From Malacoraja senta (lineage: Eukaryota), in NCBI GenBank assembly GCA_038087875.1, contig CM075998.1, positions 5,954,001-6,018,000 on the forward strand: DNA of 64,000 nucleotides. The letters run 5' to 3'. The notes beneath the pieces were generated by a model. The model was not told the DNA's origin and did no database searches. It saw nothing but the letters and a program-made list of their open reading frames with translations. Positions 26,701-40,408 of the stretch are shown in pieces. Made by a program: the position numbers and the translations under genes. The stretch's first letter is position 1. The number at the start of each line of letters is the position of its first letter.

Positions 26701-28481
26701 TAGACACTGGTTTCTTGAGCAACCAAATTTCTGGAGGAGCTCAGCCAGTCAGGCAGCATCTGTGGAGGGAATAGATGGGTGAGGTTTTGGATCGGGATGG
26801 GGTGGGGCACAAGCTGGCAAGTGATGGTGGAGGTGTGAGGGGTGAATCTGGGAGAGGAGAGTGGAGACGCAAGGAAGGAGATGGTGGAATCTGATGAGAA
26901 AAGAGGGAGAGGAGTAAAAATGTATATCCAGTGGGTGGGATGGTGGCTCGCAACGAGCAGCTCCATCTGGCCCTGGTCGACTGTGTGCAAGGGTTGGGCA
27001 AGGTAGTGAGGAGTTCTGCCTTTCACCACACCAATCTCCATCCAAAGCATTTCCCAATGTTTCTGCTAGTTTCAATGCGATTCCACCACCGGTCACCTCT
27101 TCCCCATCCCGCACACGTCTGTTGCTACAGCGACCGCTCTAATTCCCTGGTTCCCTCATTTCTCTGTCCTCGGCAGGAGGTGCAACACCTGTCCCTACAC
27201 TACCCCTCTCTCTGCCCTTCAACGTGAGGCAGGGGTTCATGTACGCCATCTACTGCTTTCAGTGCTCTCAACGTGGCCCCTCTTGATCGGCGAGACCATG
27301 TTAAGACTAATCAACTGCTTTACTGTACATAAATCTCTTCGGTCCCATATCTTCCTCCTTAGCCTCTTTCTTCCCCCCCACCAATCCTCTCTCTGATTCT
27401 ACATTTCACTCCCGTCTCCAATATCAGATTTCACCATCTGCACCCTTTTGTCTTATCTCCACTTATCACTTATCAAGTTGAGGCTGCTATGAATGTCACT
27501 TGGTATTTTCTTGTCGCCAGCCTGCGTCACATGCTGCAACCCTTGTAACCACCTTCCTTTGTTCAACAAACAGTGTGTTTGTGCGCCCGTTCCTTGGCTA
27601 CCAGTTTAAGTTGATGAAGCTAGTTCTAATGCTAAGATTTGGACCATCCTGTGATTTTAGGGGCTTATGAAGTCAGATTTTATTTAAGGTGATTTCCAAA
27701 TCTGATCCTAGGGTTTATGGAAACATACTTTAAAAAAAAAAAATAAATAAAAGAGAAAAAGTTGTACCCAACCCTTGAATGAAATGTCATTTTCGGCCTT
27801 GACTGGTGTATTGTAGCTGGTTCTAGGCACCATCTCCATGCTTTGGGAAGGCTGAGATGGTGGAATAGTAACCGGATTGAGAGTAAGCTCAAGAAACGGT
27901 GGCGCAGCGGTAGAGTTGCTGCCTTGCAACGCTTGCAGCGCCAGAGACCCGGGTTCCATCCCAGCTACGGCTGCTGCCTGTATGGAGTTTGTACCTTCTC
28001 CCCGTGACCGCATGGGCTTTCTCTGAGATCTTCGGTTTCCTCCCGCACTCCGAAGATGTACAGGTTTGTAGGTTAATTGGCTTGGTAAATGTAAAAATTG
28101 TCCTTGGTGTGTGTAGGATAGTGTTAATGTGCGGGGAGCGCTGGTCAGCGTGGACCCGATGAGCAGGAGAGGCAGTTTCTCTTTTTTAAGGCATCTTCAG
28201 TAGTTCATTGACCATTGCTTATTCCCTCTAGGGTTGTCCCTGTACACTCGCATCCATGTTGAATGGAAAACCTCCCGCATGCTCTCCGTAGAGGGAAATT
28301 GGGAAGCACTTTTACATTTTAGTTCAGTTTATTATCATGTGTACAGAGGCACAGTGAAAAGCAGTGGCATTTTCACATCGGGGGAGGTTGAGTAGGCATG
28401 GACTCTATTCCTTGGAGCACAGGAGGATGAGGGGTGATCTTGTATAGGTGTATAAAATCATGAGAGGAATAGATGCACTTA

Positions 28482-28976
28482 AGGGCCTGTCCCACTTGGG
28501 CGACCTAATCCGCGAGTTCTGGCGAGTTTGCCCTCGACTCGTACTCGCAGCATGGTCGACACGAGGTCCTAGGAGGTCTTCGTAACTCTCCTTCATGGTC
28601 GAGTGTAGTCCCCGCGTACTCGAGGCCTCGGCTAGGTCACGGCATTTTTTTCAACATGTTAAAAATTGCCCGCGAGTAAAAAAAGGTCGCCATGGAAAAA
28701 ATCGATACATTTTTTTTTAAACTCATAGGTTTAGTCGTAGTAGGTCGCCATGTTAGTCGTAGGTGATCGAGGGTAGTCGAAGGTAGTCGTAGATAGTCTT
28801 CATCATAGTCGAAGGAGGTCGTCTTCACTCTCCACTATTCGGTGTCCAATTTTCCCGAAGTTAGTCGTAGCTAGTCGAAGTTAGTCTTCTACATAGTCGA
28901 AGGAGGTCTTCAATATGTCTTTTTTTTCAAACTCTTCTAAACTCGACAATTAGGTCGCCCAAGTGGGACAGCCCCT
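28482..28976. mobile_element. PIF/Harbinger-like MITE, 495 bp
   Basis: 28-bp TIR AGGGCCTGTCCCACTTGGGCGACCTAAT (27/28 match to the right end), TTA on both sides, inserted in a CR1 3' fragment. Confidence 0.85.
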
Positions 28977-29712
28977 TTAGTCTCTTGCCCAGAGTAGGAG
29001 AATCGAGGACCAGACTTAAACATAGGATTAAGGTGGAGGGGAAAGATTGAATAGGAATCTGAGGGGTGTCTTTTTCACACAAAGGGTGGTGGGTGCATGG
29101 AACGAGCTGCCAGGGGAGGTAGTTGAAGCCGGGACTATCCCAACATTTAGACGGGTATATGGATAGGACAGGTTTGGAGGGATATGGGCCAAATGCAGGC
29201 AGGTGGGACTAGTGTAGCTGGGACATGTTTGACGGTGTGGGCAAGTTGGGCTGAAGGGCCTGTTTCCACACTGTATCACTCTATGCATTCCATATGCAGT
29301 GGAATTGTTGAATTTCCACGGGTTCAAATTGGATTTCTATATTTATTTGTAGATTTGTGGACAGTGACATTGGGGCTTGTGACGACTGAGGAAAATGGAA
29401 GGAAGACTTAGCGGTGGTTTGGGTTTATTGTCACATGTAGTGAGCCTAAAGATTTGTTTTGCATGCTATCCAATCAAACAGATAATACGAGACATACATC
29501 AAACCAAACTAGATTACAATAGGTCGGTGATTTAAGAGGACAGCTATTGTATCAGATGGTAGATTTTCCTCATGGATTAGCACAAAATGTCATCAAACTC
29601 TGGTGCCATCTTGTACATGGTTCTGTAATAAGAATGGTTAACAGGAGAAGATAGACACAAAGCTGAAGTAGCTCAGCGGGACAGGCAGCATCTCTGGAGA
29701 GAAAGAATGGGT

Positions 29713-29769
29713 GACGTTTCAGGTCGAGACCCTTCTTCAGACTGACGAAGGGTCTCGATCCGAAACGTC
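29713..29769. ncRNA. Head-to-head inverted pair of hammerhead cores (29713-29740 minus, 29742-29769 plus)
   Basis: GACGTTTCAGGTCGAGACCCTTCTTCAG-A-CTGACGAAGGGTCTCGATCCGAAACGTC is a near-perfect 57-bp palindrome. Confidence 0.65.
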
Positions 29770-31283
29770 ATCAGTCTGAAGTTGCTCCAGCATTTTGTGT
29801 CTATCTTTGATTTAAACCAGCATCTGCAGTTCCTTCCTACACATTTTGTTAACAGGCAAAGCTTTGGGGAGAAGGAGCGATGGAGCATGTTTAATGCAGA
29901 GCGGATATTTTTAGTTTCTTTGGATGGATTAGGCATACATTTTTCAAGTGCTATTTGTCATTCCTTCTTCCAAATAATTTGTCAAACGTATTTAATTTGT
30001 TTCTCTTTTGGTGTGCCTGGACCATTTTCAAGAGCTGCTTTATTTGGTTTGAGAACGTTGACAGCACAAAACTCTGTGCAAGGAAATGCGATGGCTCCAT
30101 TTCAACACCTTGTGTACTGTCTGTCCCTCGTTCATCTGCTCTCCAATCAGTGGGATGCTTGTTGGTGGTTTTGTTTAACCATTGTATTGAGAGCCAATTT
30201 CTTGGAACACAACAGTCGTGTGTGTGTGTGCTGTTGCCTCATTGAAGTGGGGTGAATGGCGGATTTGTTCTTCTGATGCCAGTGAACTGAAAACAAAAGG
30301 AGCTAACATGAGAGGACAACATTGGTGAGAAAACGACCTAACAACCTATGTCTGAAGAAGGGTCTCGACCCGAAACATCACCCATTCCTTCTCTCCATAG
30401 ATGCTACCTGCCTGAGTTACTCCAGCATTTTGTGTCTATCTTCTACACAACAGACTCTCTGGGTGAGGTTGTGGAAACAGATTTATTGAAGCACAAATAG
30501 ATTTTGTGGTATAATGAGTAATTAGAAACTTTTTTAGTAGCTGGGGAAGTGGGTGCCTGTTTCTCAAGTTTCCAAGGTGCTTTCCTGGACTGGGTCTCCC
30601 GGTGACCAATTCCCTAAATGAATCCTAAGTTCACAAGGGCAGCAAAGGGTTTTTACTTCGGGTAAATGCCTTGTTCTGCAGTGTGGGTTTTGCTGGCTGC
30701 AAGCCAGATGTTGAGGTGCCAGTCATGGTAGTTTCTGCATCATGACCCTGCTATTAAGTAGCACCAGTCCCAAAGGATGGTCTTATGGCAGTTAACACGC
30801 GTTTTGCCTCCGGCAATCTCCAGTTTCGGAGCAAGGGAAGTCGGGAGTTTGTGCGCTGTGCCATGCTAAATGGGGAAATGCCATCTTGGTTGGCTTGAGT
30901 TGGTCCTCTGCCAACACCAGTGTTCCTCTTCCCTGCTTTGTGGCATTTCTGTCCTTCAATTAGTTGTTACAGAAGGGAAGTCCAACTGAAGGCCAAGCCA
31001 CCTTGTACACAAGGTGTGCACTTCAGCATGCAAATTGGAGGAACAGCATCTGATATTTCGCTTGGGCAGCTAACATCCCTGTGGTATGAACTTGATTTCT
31101 CTCATTTCAGGCACTTCCCCTCTCTCCATCCCTCCCCCACCCAAGTCGCACCAGCTTCTCGTTTTCACCCAACAAACAGCTAACAATGGCCTATTTTCTC
31201 TATCATCGTTACTTTTTTGCATATCTTTTATTCATTGTTTATCTCTCCACGTCTATCTTTCATTTCCCTTGTCCCTAACCAGT

Positions 31284-31311
31284 CTGAAGAAGGGTCTTGA
31301 CCTGAAACGTC
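31284..31311 (+). ncRNA. Minimal hammerhead core (copy A of a tandem pair)
   Basis: CTGAAGAAGGGTCTTGACCTGAAACGTC. Confidence 0.65.
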
Positions 31312-31736
31312 ATCCAGTCCTTCTCTTCAGAGATGCTGCCTGTCCCGCTGAGTTACTCCAGCTTTTTGTCTATCTGCACTTTAGGGCTATCGGCGATCGT
31401 TTCGCCGAACACCTCCGGTCGGTCCGCAATAACCAACCTGAACTCCCGGTGGCTCAGCACTTCAACTCCCCCTCCCATTCCGTATCTGACCTCTCTGTCC
31501 TGGGTCTCCTCCATGGCCACAGCGAGCAACACCGTAAATTGGAGGAAATGCACCTCATATTCCGCTTGGGCAGTCTACATCCTGGGGGCCTCAACATTGA
31601 ATTCTCCCAATTCTGCTAGCCCTTGCTGTCCCCTCCCCTTCATCAGCCATCTGGTTGTCTCCTCCCTTCCCCCAGCCCTCGGGCTCCTCCTCCGCCTTTG
31701 TCCTTTTTTCCTCTCTTCTCCCCACCCCCTATCAGT

Positions 31737-31764
31737 CTGAAGAAGGGTTTCGGCCCGAAACGTT
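31737..31764 (+). ncRNA. Minimal hammerhead core (copy B, second subfamily)
   Basis: CTGAAGAAGGGTTTCGGCCCGAAACGTT: stem II GGGU/GCCC with a UUCG loop, GUU triplet. Confidence 0.65.
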
Positions 31765-34700
31765 ACCTATTTCCTTCGCTCCATAGATGCTGCTGCACCC
31801 GCTGAGTTTCTCCAGCATTTTTGTGTACCTTCGATTTTCCAGCATCTGCAGTTCCTTCTTTAACACTTTAGGACTAGCTGTCTTGCTGCAGGTGTGAAGC
31901 TTTGTCAGGATGCCCCCCCCTCACTACTCTGGCCATCCATCGGGCAGGGAAGGGCGTCATGTCCTCTTCTACCGGATGCTTTTTCCGTTGCAAATGATCT
32001 GTTGCTTCTCTGTTCAGTACTGTTCGTCTTACTAAGGAGTGCAGCTTGGTTGAAATTGTACACGGAGTGATTCCTCCTTGGGAGAGCCCGCCGACGGTTG
32101 TGAAACACAGATGTGGTCCTAATTTACAAGGGAATGTCTTTGCTGCATTCCTGTCTCGGTGCGTTGGCAGCTGTGCAGAAATGCAAATCTGCTCTCAACA
32201 ATCTTGTGTTTGTGGCTGACGTTGCCCAAAAGCTGATATCATTGGAATGTAGAATGATTGCTTTGGCCCTGGTGCTGTGGGTTATACCATCGGCCTCTGC
32301 ACGATGGCTATCCAAAGACCGCTTAAATGCCACTATCGTGCTTGGGTTTGGAGGCATCAACACCAGCCAGTGGCAAACTCACTCTGCTTATGGTATGTAC
32401 TTTAGTGAGCTATTCCCAGCACCTGGACGCAGTAGTCGGAAACTCTGGTTAGCATCTTGTCTGCAACATGGCTCCATGCAATACTTCAGTACTGCATGGA
32501 TGTGTGTTGTATCCACAAGTGGGACTCTAATACTGTGGTGAGGGGAATCTCCTACCCTGCTGAACACACTCCATAGCCCACATGGCTTGCCGAGGAAATG
32601 GGTTCCCCCTTTCATCCCAGCCACTTATAAAATATTGCCTTTTTTTAAAAACTGAAGCATCTTTCTGTTCTTCCTCTGCTTTGTACCGCAGCTCACACAA
32701 CTCCCAGCGTGACCGCTCTGGCCTTCTGCTCGAAATTCTGCCCCTTCTTCCCCCTGCCCTGTCCTCTGACCCTGAGACTGCCACTGCCAACCCCGTCCGT
32801 GTGCAGTCTTCACACAGCAGTCCAGGGTTGGCAGAAGCCGACGGCCTTTGCCCAATGGGTACAATTGCCCAAAGGCTCTCCAGTTGGACCAATGTTAACC
32901 AGTGTCTGGGTGGCCCTGAAGCCTTTAATAACTCGCATCTGCGAAGAGGTTCTTGGCTTCCCAACCAAAAACAAACACAACTTGTGTGGAAAATGGTGAG
33001 AAACTAATTAACAATAAGCCATGGCATTCCTGGATTGGAAACTCCTTGGACAGACACAACAAGTTGGAGCAACTCAGCGGGACAGGCAGCATCTCTGGAG
33101 AGAAGGAATGGGTGACATTTCGGGACAATCGGTGCAGGAGTAGGCCCTTCGAGCCAGCACCGCCACTCAATATGATCATGGCAGCTCATCCTCAATCAGT
33201 ACCCCGTTCCTGCCTTCTCCCCATATCCCCTGACTCTGCTATTTTTAAGAGCCCTATCTAGCTCTCTCTTGAAAGTATCCAGAGAACCTGTCTCCACTGC
33301 CCTCTGAGGCAGAGAATTCCACAGACTCACCACTCTCTGTGAGAAAAAGTGTTTCCTCGTCTCCGTTCTAAATGGCTTACTCCTTATTCTTAAACTGTGT
33401 GTGGCCCCTGGTTCTGGACTCCCCCAACATCGGGAACATGTTTCCTGCCTCTAGTGTGTCCAAGCCCTTAACAATCTTATATGTTTCTTATGTCCAGACC
33501 CTTCTTCAGACTAGTTATGGTGAAGGGAAACGAGAGATATAGACGATGATGTAGAGAGATAAAGAACAATGAATGAAAGATATGCAAAAAAGTACCGATG
33601 ATAAGGTCTGGAGAGATGCTTCTGGAGAGACCTTTCAAGGTCTTGACCCGAAATGTCACCCATTCCTTCTCTCCAGAGATGCTGCCTGTCCCGCTGAGTT
33701 GCTCCAGCTTTTTGTGTCTTTCTTTTGTTTAAACCAGCATCTGCAGTTTCTTCATACACATTGGGAACTCCATGCTTTGGGGGAGGAAACGGTGCTGAAT
33801 GCACCTGCAGGCGAAGATGCAGCAGGAAGCCAGTGACCCAAAGAATGGGCGGTGGATGCAAAGCATGCAGGAGGCACAGCAACTCGATAACCATTAAGCG
33901 TGATGGCTCTCCAGTGTGGTCAAAGCCATCTACTGCCAAGAAATGAGAGGAACCCAAGGACAGAGGCAGTCGGCATCCTCCGAGAGGAAATGTATATAAA
34001 ATTCTGAGGCAATGGTTAGGGTGGACACTGTACCATTTTCCCAGGTGGAGAAGTCAACGACTAGAAGGCTTTGCTGGAAGGTGAGAGGGGGAATGTTTAA
34101 AGAAGATGTGGGAGTCATTTTTTCTGAGTTACCTTGTTCAATATATTCCTAATATACTCTTGAGATTATATTTCTAAAGGCTTCAGACAACCCTGAAGTA
34201 GCTGTGTGTTGGGGGGGGGGAATAAATGGTGCACTTTTTACAAAGTCCTCCATTTGATGTAGTTTAATAGCAACCTTCAATCCCATTAGCAGTCATTAGC
34301 TGTGTTTAATGAGGTGACTTTTTGATGGAGCACTTCCCCTTGTGATGTAGTGTCTTCCTCGTACAGGAAACATGTCTCCTGTGTTGGAGTCCAGAACCAG
34401 TTTAAGAATAAGAGGTACGCCATTTAGGACGAGGATGAGGAAAAACTTGTGAATCGGTGGAATTCTCTGCCACAGAAGGCAGGGGAGGCCAATTCACTGG
34501 ATGTTTTCAAGAGAGAGTTAGATTTAGCTCTTGGGGCTAACGGAATCAAGGGATATGGGGGGGTGGGGAAGCAGGAACGGGGTACTGATTTTGGATGATC
34601 AGCCATGATCACAGTAGGCACCTATTTTCTATGTTTCCTAGGGCAGTGAATGGGTTCTTCTGCATGATCACAAGGCAGGCATTGAACAGTTCTAAATGTT

Positions 34701-37700
34701 GGGGCACATGTATGTTTGTGCTGATGCCCCACTGGTGCCAACAGTGCAGAGTGGGGAAACTGTCCTCCTTTCTACTGGCTTGTTACGACTTCCCAAGTGT
34801 ACTTTGAGTAAACTTGACTGACCCTGAGCTGTATTTGGATTTGTTGAATGTTTTGGTTTTTAGTTTTGGAGATACAGTGTGGAAACAGGCCCTTCAGCCC
34901 ACCGAGTCTGTGCCGACCAGCGATCCCGGCACACCGACACCCTATACACAGGGACAATTTACACTTATACCAAGCCAATTAACCTACAAGCCTGCACGTC
35001 TTTAGAGTGTGGGAGGAAACCCAAGATCTCGGAGAAAACCCACGCAGGTCACGGGGAGAACGTACAAACTCCGTACAGACAGCACCCGTAGTCGGGATCG
35101 AACCCGTGTCTGGCACTTCAACGCTATAAGGCAGCAACTCTACCGCTGCGCTCGTATGTCTCGCTCCCCGTGCCCAAATGCTTCTTTAAGTCACCATTCT
35201 TCCGAATGGGCTGAGTAAGTGATCGATCCAATGTCGGTGTGTGGGAGGGGAATTTTCTCTGTAATTTTCCAGGCAAAGGCATGTTTCTTATTATCTACAG
35301 GTATTTCCCACCCCCTGTAACTGTGCAGCAGGCCATTCGGCCTATCCGATCTATGCAGTTGCATTCCCTCATTCCTCTACAGTTTGCACGGAGGTGCAGC
35401 GGTAGAGTTGCTGCCTCACAGCGCCAGAGACCCGGGTTCCATCCTGATTATGGGTGCTGTCTGTACGGAGTTTGCACGTTCTCCCCGTGACCTGCGTGGG
35501 TTTTCTCCGGGTGCTCCGGTTTCCTCCCACACTCCAAAGACGTACAGGTTTGTACGTTAATTGGCTTGGGTAAAATTGTAAACTGTCCCTGTTGTGTGTA
35601 GGATAGTGTTAATGTGCGGGGATCGCTGGTCGGGCGAACTCTGTGGGCCAAAGGACCTGCTTCTGTGCTGTATCTCTAAACTAATTTATTCTCTTGCCTA
35701 TCCACTCCCCATTAACCAACACCAATGGGTAACCAAGTGGCCAATTAATCTGCCAGAGTATCTTTGGGATGTGGTATTACCCAGAGAGCCCCATATGGTG
35801 GCAGGGAGGACGTGCAAACTCCACACAGTCAACTGCACCACTGCCCTGCCCGTGTACGTGCAGCATTGTCTCTTTTTGGACGACCAGTTTCTAGATTGTT
35901 CGTCATTCTGTATTCTCTCCTGGATTCAAAGCGAACGAACACACAGCAGATTCTCATTTACAGCCTTTCTATTATCTGTTTCCATTAGTGCTTGCTGCCT
36001 GCAATGCTGCCTGCCTGTTTTTTTTTTAATCATTGCTAGACTTGTGTAACTTGTGAGTGCTTCCATTGAAGGTCTGAGTGTCTTGGCAACTTTCAGTACT
36101 TGTCCGTTATCCTGTGTGTGTGTGTTGCTCAGCCAGTTTCTGAAGCAGCTTAATAGTATTTTAACTTTGGCGAGCAAACTCCTAACAAATGTCTGGGAAT
36201 TTGTTAGTAACCTTCTGTAAACATTTTCCTGCCCTGTATTTGAAGCAGCAACTTTGGCAGGCATGAGCTAGCTTCCATGTTGGCACTCTAACTTTATTAG
36301 TTTAGTCTGATAGTTATTCAGGAAACTGGTCCTGGTTCTCTTAATGTTCTTGTGATGCCGAGGAGGCCATTTGGCTCCTTGTATCTATGCTAGCCCGAGA
36401 GGCTCCGTTTTTTACCCTGGACAGCGAAGTTGTTCAATCTCTTGCAAGTTTCAGTCTCCCTTGCCATCCCAGAATGGAAGCAATCTGCCTCTGGTAATTT
36501 AGACCCCTTTTCTTTGTATTTAGTTTTACATTGGCTTGGATATACAGCATGGAAACAGGCCCTTCGGCCCACCGAGCCCATGCTGACCATCGATCACCCG
36601 TTCACACTAGTCCGACAGGATCCCGTTGTCCCATCCGTTCCCTGCACCCTTTAAAGACCAATTAATCTACAAATCCGCACGTCTTTGGGGAGTGGGAGTA
36701 AAATGGAGCAGCCAGAGAAAACCCTAGCGTTCACAGGGAGAACGTGCGAACTCCGCACAGATGGCACCCGAAGTCGGGGTCAAACCTGGGTCTCTGATGC
36801 CGTGAGGCAGCAATGCGACCAGCTGCGACTGTGCTGCCATTATAACGATTCATTTTTGGAAATCGAGGGTTCGTGTTGGAAAGTGGCGCTGAAGTAAAGA
36901 TCTACTTGAGTCGTGCTATTTGCTTCAGTGGGTTTCCCAGGCATCCTGGGTGTAATGTGCTGGGATTGCCGTGCATCAGTATTTATACAACTTCCTTGAC
37001 TATACTTCATCACTTCTCTGTTGCCGGGGAACTGGCAACTCGGCTTGTGGTATTGTTTTGTTCTCCGTGTCCAGTTAGTGGGTAATTAGGGGTGACACGG
37101 GGCATGGTTTTGAAGTCCAGTGTTGGCCATCAAACACCCATTTTGCACCTATTCTGCATTAATCTCTCTGTTTACTCTTCGCATTCATTTTGGTGCTGTC
37201 TGTACAGAGTTTGTACCTTCTCCCTGTGACCGTGTGGGTTTTCTCCGGGTGCTCTGGTTTCCTCCCGCACTCAAGACGTGCGGGTTTGTAAGTTAATTAG
37301 TTTTGGTAATGATTGTAAATGATCTCTAGTGTGGAGGATAGTCCTAGTGTATGGGGTGATCGCTGGTCAGTGCCGACTTGGTGGGCCGAAGGGCCTGTTT
37401 CTGCGCAGTATCTCAACTAAACTCTGAGCAGGACTGAGCCATTTAGCTCCCTTTTATGCCTCCATCGTCAAGCTTGTGGTTAGTCTTCCCCGGTGTTAGT
37501 CGTACTCCGGAAGCATTCTTGCCAAGCTTTGCACACTTACACTAATGCAAGTAATTAGCCTTGTTCAAAAAATAAAATAAAATATGCTAAAGGAGCTCTG
37601 CAAGACTGGCGGACTCTGTGGAGGGAAAATGACAGTTAATGTTATGTGTCAAGACCCTTCTTCAAACTGATATGTAGCAATACACCAGACCTGCAAACAT

Positions 37701-40114
37701 ATTTCACCAAGGCCCTGTGCTGTTGCAGTGAGACATTGTCGCTCCTGCACTCAAATCCATTCAGGCCGACATGCCGTTTGTCATCCTGATTGTTTGTTGC
37801 AGCTGTGTTGGCTTTCAGTGCTTTGTGTACAAGTGTGCCTCTGTTCTTGCTGAACACCGAGCGCACCGTAGGACGGATGTGAAGCTGGAGAGGATGCATA
37901 GCAGTTTAACGAGGGTGTTGACACAAAGTGCTGGAGTAACTCTGCGGGACAGGCAGCATCTCTGGAGAGAATGAATGGGTGACGTTTTGGGTCGAGGCCC
38001 TTGCTGGGCCTGGAAGGTTTGAGTTGTGGAGTTGAAACTGGAAAAGCTGTGACTTATCCCTGGAGCGGACGAGGCTGAGGGGTAGCTTTAGATTTTAGAG
38101 ATGCAGCGTGGAAACAGGCCATTTGGCCCACTGAGTCCGTGCCAGCCAGTGATCACTAACACTATCCTACACACTAGCAACAATTTATAATTTCCAGAAG
38201 CCAATTAACCTACCGACCTGCACGTCTTTGGAGTGTGTGAGGAAACCGGAGAAAACCCACGGGGAGAAGGTGCAAACTCTGTACAGACAGCACCCATAGT
38301 CAGGATCGAATCCGGGTCTTTGGAACTGAGGTTTTTATGGCTGTAAAAATCGATGTCTCTGGCGCTGTGAGGCAGCAACTCGATTGCTGCTCTGCCTGAC
38401 ATTAGAGGTTATTGAAGTCGTGAGGGTGTAGTTGGGCAAACGCGCAGTCTTTTACCAAGCGTACGGTTTGGTTTCATGACATCCAAATAGATTATAAAAT
38501 ATATACTACACGTACAATGATGTCAAACTCGTCTAGTACAATGGATAGAGCAAAGAAGAAAATGCGGAGTGCAGAATATAGTTCTTTGCATCGTGGAGCA
38601 TCAGTTCCTGAGACAAAGTCCAATGTCCACTGTGGGGTCGAGGTGATTCACACAGTGTACTGGCTTATGCAGGTTAAAGTACTAAAGTAAGTTTAAAGCA
38701 AGAGGCAAAATAGTTAAAAGGGGACTTGAAGAGCAAGTTTTGACCCCAGAAGGTTGTAGGTGTAATGTACAAGCTGCCAGAGGAACTGTTCGTGGTGAGT
38801 AGAATTACAATGTTTAAAGGACATTTGGACAGTTACAGAGATGGGAAAGGTTTAGTGAGATATGAGACCAATGCAGGCGAACTGCAAAATAGCCAAGGGC
38901 AGAAAATGCTTGTTAGATTGGTGTACAGACCACCAAATAGCAGCAGGTGGGTGGTTGGGGACAGCATCAAGCAGGAAATTAGGGATGCGTGTAGCACAGG
39001 TACAGTGGCTATCATTCGAGACTTTAATCTACATGTAGATTGGGCCAACCAAATTGGTAACAGTGCTGAGGAGGATTTCCTGGAATGTATATGGGATGGG
39101 TTTTTAAACCAATATGTAGAGGAACCGACTAGAGGGCAGGCCATCCTAGACTGGGTATTGTGTAATGAGGAAGGATTAGTTAGCGATCTTGTTGTGCAAG
39201 ACCCCTTGGGCAACAGTGACCATAATATGGTGGAATTCTGCATTAGGATGGAGAGTGACATTGTTAATTCAGAGACTAGGGTCCTGAACTTGAATAAAGG
39301 AGACTTTGAAGGTATGAGACGGGAATTGGCTTGGATAGATTGGCAAATTATACTTCAAGGGTTGACAATGGAGATGCAATGGCAACGATTTAAAGACCAC
39401 ATGGATGAACTCCAGAAATTGTTCATCCCTGTCTGGGGAAAAAATAAAACTGGGAAGGCAGCTCAACCGTGGCTGACGAGGGAAGTCAAGGATAGTGTTA
39501 AAGCCAAGGAAGAGGCATATAAATTGGCCAGAAGAAGCGGCAAACCAGAGGACTGGGAGAAATTTAGAACTCAACAGAGGAGGACAAAGGGGTTAATTAA
39601 GAGGGGGGAAAAATAGCATGAAAGAAAGCTAGTGGGGAATATAAAAACTGGCTAAATGTTTCTATTGGTATGTAAAAAGGAAAAGATTAGTGAAGACGAA
39701 TGTAGGTCCCTTACAGTCAGAGACAGATGAATTTATATTGGGAAACAAGGAAATGGCAGAATAGTTAAACGAGTACTTTGGTTCTGTCTTCACTAAGGAA
39801 GACACAAACAATCTCCCAGAATTACTAGGGGACCGAGGATCTAGTGGGAGGGAGGAACTGAAGGGAATCCACATTATTCAGAAAATGGTGTTGGGTAAAC
39901 TGTTGGGATTGAGGGCAGATAAATCCCCAGGGCCTGATGGTCTGCATCCCAGAATATTCAAGGAGGTGGCCCTAGAAATCGTGGATGTATTGGTGATCAT
40001 TTTCCAATGTTCTTTTGACTCTGGATCCCGTTCCTGTGGACTGGAGGTTAGCCAATGTCACCCCACTTTTTAAGAAAGGAGGGAGAGAGAAAATGGGGAA
40101 TTATAGACCAGTAA

Positions 40115-40408
40115 AGCACCTGTCCCACGATGCGAGTTTACCCAAGAGCTCTCCCAAGTAAAAAAAAAATAATCAAACTCGTGGTACTTCATCCCGTTTA
40201 TTACTCTTGGAAATTTTTCACACTTGAGAAAACTTCACGAGTTTCCGCGTTTCCCGAGTACCCACCGTTAGTATTACGAGCCGTTACGAGACTTCCACGA
40301 GCTCCGACGTATCCGCTACGTACATTCTACATACTTACCACGAGTTTGATTTTTTTTTTTTTAATTAGGGAGAGCTCTTGGGTAAACTCGCATTGTGTGA
40401 CAGGGGCT
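40115..40408. mobile_element. PIF/Harbinger-like MITE, 294 bp
   Basis: About 70-bp imperfect TIR beginning AGCACCTGTCCCACGATGCGAGTTTACCCAAGAGCTCTCCC. Flanks are TAA/TCA. It splits CR1 ORF2. Confidence 0.8.

Larger units (their letters stand above)
30950..31863 (+). mobile_element. Two tandem Penelope-like element 3' fragments (GIY-YIG C-terminus plus hammerhead-bearing terminal repeat)
   Basis: DRFAEHLRSV...PVAQHFNSPSH...RKLEEMHLIFRLGSLHPGGLN peptide. The second fragment is flanked by CACTTTAGG(G/A)CTA duplication at about 31377 and 31864. Confidence 0.85.

Noticed and set aside
28700..28920. CRISPR-like or satellite array in the TAGTCG repeats
   Set aside because: Units are short and irregular with no constant repeat-spacer period. 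They lie inside a TIR element in eukaryotic DNA.
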